A model generated the notes under the pieces. That model saw only the letters and a program-made list of their open reading frames with translations. It had not been told where the DNA came from and made no database searches. A stretch of 63,266 nucleotides of DNA, counting the filler, from Lenisia limosa (lineage: Eukaryota > Protista > Breviatea), in NCBI GenBank assembly GCA_001655205.1. It is 13 parts of 13 records of this genome, joined end to end, with 100 filler letters (N's around TTAATTAATTAA, not from the genome) between each part and the next. Parts side by side here need not be neighbours in the genome. Positions count along the whole stretch, not along the records: positions 60,309 to 62,050 come from LPNZ01008531.1; positions 62,151 to 63,266 come from LPNZ01004976.1; 11 more parts are not named here. One strand, written 5' to 3'. Of the stretch, positions 60,330 to 63,266 are shown one piece after another. Position 1 is the stretch's first letter. Each line of letters opens with the position of its first letter. The translations under genes and the position numbers were made by a program.

Positions 60330-61569
60330 TTCGATATTGCAAGACACAGTAGCATCAATAATCTTGACATTCCTCAAAACAAGTTCCACATTCGTCATAG
60401 CCGCGAAGAAACTTCCGGTGAAGTCTAACCCGGAAATGACGTGACCGTTACCGTCAATTACTATACGGGCGTTACCAACGTCTTGGTTGAGAGATCTGGG
60501 CTGGGCGTCAGCGCAATTGAGATCTTGCGTGAGCGTAGTTGTGGCGTTCGTGGCGTGGATGAGATCGAGGCAGCTGAGAGGGGNNNNNNNNNNNNNNNNN
60601 NNNNNNNNNNNNNNNNNNNNNNNNNNNNNNNNNNNNNNNNNNNNNNNNNNNNNNNNNNNNNNNNNNNNNNNNNNNNNNNNNNNNNNNNNNNNNNNNNNNN
60701 NNNNNNNNNNNNNNNNNNNNNNNNNNNNNNNNNNNNNNNNNNNNNNNNNAAAAGCGCCAGAAAGGGAGGCTGCGTGCATTGAATTGAAATATTATTTTTA
60801 TAATGTGAAGTGGGGCATCGTGTCACAAAAACCCTTTAAATAATTTCCTCAAAAAATGAATTGCTTTTGTGCAGTAAAGTCTATTGAAACTAAGATCTTA
60901 GAGATCAAGCGGTTGACTACACAAAGAAACATCCACAGAATTGCAGCCCTACACCCATCCTATCTCTTTCCCTCTCTCCTTGCTCTCACTCTCACTATCG
61001 TGATATTTAGGTTTGATTTGATTCAGCTCTTCATTCAAAGTCAAATCCGTTGGTTTGGATTACCCCCCCCCCCACCAGGCCAGTCGAGTGGCCGCTACAG
61101 TCAACTCCCATTCCCCGAGGTTNNNNNNNNNNNNNNNNNNNNNNNNNNNNNNNNNNNNNNNNNNNNNNNNNNNNNNNNNNNNNNNNNNNNNNNNNNNNNN
61201 NNNNNNNNNNNNNNNNNNNNNNNNNNNNNNNNNNNNNNNNNNNNNNNNNNNNNNNNNNNNNNNNNNNNNNNNNNNNNNNNNNNNNTGTTGGCTGATAAGC
61301 CCAGACATACCTTTGTAACTAATACCCTTCGTAACCTCCCGATACCCCCACTGAGACACCTCCTCCACAAAAACCTTAGTATCCATAAAAACACACACAG
61401 AACCTACTCCCATACAGAAACTTAATAACGGCATCCCACACAAACCTTAGTGATGGTAACAACCCACATACCTTGGTGACAGTAACGCTGTCGACATTGA
61501 GGCCCTCGGTCAGGTCCTTGGAGGGGTTGACAATGTAGGTCAAACTGCCTGAAACGGTGTGCATGGCTC
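60330..61569 (-). CDS. Extracellular protein fragment with GLUG-associated/beta-helix-like module
   Basis: TLTQDLNCA...RIVIDGNGHVISGLDFTGSFFAAM..VLRNVKIIDATV; other exons NLGEWELTVAATRL and GAMHTVSGSLTYIVNP. Confidence 0.6.
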
Positions 61570-61830
61570 CTGTGGGGGGGGGGGAGTAAAATTGAAAAAC
61601 AAACATTTAACAACACACGNNNNNNNNNNNNNNNNNNNNNNNNNNNNNNNNNNNNNNNNNNNNNNNNNNNNNNNNNNNNNNNNNNNNNNNNNNNNNNNNN
61701 NNNNNNNNNNNNNNNNNNNNTAACAAAACAAAGCCTAGGCCAGTCGCTTCTGCACTGCATGGGAGTAAAATCGGAAAAATATGAAACAAAAAAGGAAATT
61801 ATTTTGAAGAATATTGGTAAAGGTACTGTA
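61570..61830 (-). repeat. Composite intron module (type I internal, type II terminal acceptor)
   Basis: ACCAATATTCTTCAAAATAATTTCC..TTTTACTCCCATGCAG..GCAGAAGCGACTGGCC [gap] CGTGTGTTG..CAATTTTACT-C11-ACAG|. Confidence 0.8.
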
Positions 61831-61893
61831 CTAATCACAAAACAAATAATATTATAGTGTTTTTGAATTTATAGAAAAAAGAAAATGGATAGA

Positions 61894-61966
61894 GACTGGG
61901 ACAAGATTTGACCGATTTGCTATGTGATTTCCCAAGAATAATCGGTCAAGACTTATCCCGGTCAGT
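61894..61966. mobile_element. MITE family B copy
   Basis: GACTGGGACAAGATTTGACCGATTTGC...AATCGGTCAAGACTTATCCCGGTCAGT. Confidence 0.7.
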
Positions 61967-62050
61967 ATATGTACTATATGAAACAACAACAAAATCATAC
62001 AGTCCAAAAGGGAGGGAGGAGGCGGGTGAGTGATAATACATTAAATAAGA

Positions 62051-62150
62051 NNNNNNNNNNNNNNNNNNNNNNNNNNNNNNNNNNNNNNNNNNNNTTAATT
62101 AATTAANNNNNNNNNNNNNNNNNNNNNNNNNNNNNNNNNNNNNNNNNNNN
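62051..62150. other. Artificial contig linker
   Basis: 44N+TTAATTAATTAA+44N. Confidence 0.97.
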
Positions 62151-62226
62151 GTGTGTTGTCAGCCAACAGAGTTTATTTGGGCTTTTTTGCTTCATAAATT
62201 TTCCAATTTTATCCCCCTCCCCCCAG
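62151..62226 (+). repeat. Intron 3'-end module type II used as acceptor
   Basis: GTGTGTTGTCAGCCAACAGAGTTTATTTGGGCTTTTTTGCTTCATAAATTTTCCAATTTTATCCCCCTCCCCCCAG|. Confidence 0.85.
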
Positions 62227-63190
62227 GCTATGCTTGGCCTTTTGGTGATTCTGACTGCGCTGTTCCTTCAAACCGCCGCGAACCCCTATCAACTACGCTC
62301 CCACAATTGGCTAGTGGGAGGGGGGGAGGTTGAATAAGAGAAATCCTATTCCTGAGAAATCGAGTGAAACAAATTCAACAAATTTCCATTTTTACTCTCC
62401 TCAAAGTAACATTATTCATTGAAATTTCCTTCGTTTTTTTTTTCAATTTTACTCCCNNNNNNNNNNNNNNNNNNNNNNNNNNNNNNNNNNNNNNNNNNNN
62501 NNNNNNNNNNNNNNNNNNNNNNNNNNNNNNNNNNNNNNNNNNNNNNNNNNNNNNNNNNNNNNNNNNNNNNNTTTGGGCTTTTTAGTTTCATGCAGTTTCC
62601 AATTTTACCACCACCCCCAGGAGTTCTTCCTGCTTAACTGCCAAATGCTGATCCTCTTCTTGGGGGTCATAATGCAGGGCACTACGGGAGAAGACGCGAC
62701 TCAGAGCAATGCCGCGGATGCCGTGGGGGGTTTTGAATGGGGAAACATAAGACAAATAAAACTTATCATTTCGAGTTGAAAGTCGGCCATATGATCATAT
62801 CACAAGTGGATATGGGTCATTATTTCGATCATATTATCATATCACTGGTGAATATTGGTAAACGTACGCCAACAACTTACGATTTAGGGTGTCATTCTCT
62901 GGATCCTTGTCATAACAGTCATTCTTGTCCTCATCGTCATCATCGTTGCGATTTTAGCCGAACTCTTCCCTGGTAAGCCGACCTCTTTTTTAAAGCATGA
63001 AAGGTGTCTTCAAATCATATGTTATGATACTATATCTGACTAATGTTGATTGAATATATATCTTTCTTCTTCCTCCTCTTATTATTCTTTCTCACTTCTC
63101 AAAGGAATCCGACGGTTCATTCGGGGCACATTCGGCCGGCCCGTTACGGTCAAGGACCCCTCGGAATCCTCCAGTGCCGTACTGGCCAGG
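62227..63190 (+). CDS. C-terminal TM region of a multipass membrane protein, likely same family as 4082-8365 (fragment)
   Basis: MLGLLVILTALFLQTAANPYQLRSHNWL|EFFLLNCQMLILFLGVIM...|GVILWILVITVILVLIVIIVAILAELFP; the P(Y/F)....N.LE pattern also occurs in the 4082-8365 protein. Confidence 0.65.
62765..62845. repeat. Dispersed repeat family D
   Basis: ATCATTTCGAGTTGAAAGTCGGCCATATGATCATATCACAAGTGGATATGGG. Confidence 0.7.
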
Positions 63191-63266
63191 GTGGGTTGTA
63201 AATAGTGTATCATATAGTATAGTATAGTATAGATATCATATCATACGGAAAGGTGGGGGGGGGGGG

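Noticed and set aside
1478-62637. Many listed ORFs that span N runs or are antisense shadows of real exons (e.g. 42090-42341, 52599-52853, 31355-31702)
   Set aside because: Open only because Ns carry no stops, or because low-complexity coding sequence lacks stops in other frames.

Overview
Eukaryotic, intron-dense genomic DNA, probably from a protist. An amoeboid lineage is plausible but is my inference and cannot be established from this window. The window is not one locus. It is 13 scaffold pieces joined by an artificial 100-bp linker (44 N + TTAATTAATTAA + 44 N), with about 28 further internal N gaps, mostly inside introns. Recognisable genes: a fidgetin-like AAA ATPase, tyrosine aminotransferase, a SAC1-type phosphoinositide phosphatase, a CCX/NCLX-type cation/Ca exchanger, tRNA-Pro(AGG), a Cys-rich GCC2/GCC3-type multipass receptor-like protein plus a likely paralog fragment, a SAP-domain membrane protein and a SAM-domain protein. 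Several secreted or unknown proteins are also present. Mobile DNA includes a decayed Tc1 (DD34E-type) element with ~205-bp TIRs, a possible piggyBac-like remnant and several MITE/HINE-like families. The most interesting signal is intronic. Unrelated genes use the same 50-100-nt repeat modules as their 3' splice sites, ending TTTTAC(T)CnAG. Many donors begin GT-Gn-(A)GTA, which is close to the reverse complement of that end. Modules are sometimes stacked with CAG|GTA junctions. This looks like an introner-like intron-generating family with G/C terminal complementarity and possibly recursive splicing. A candidate antisense gene is also nested in a FIGNL1 intron. Exon models were read by eye and boundaries are approximate unless stated.
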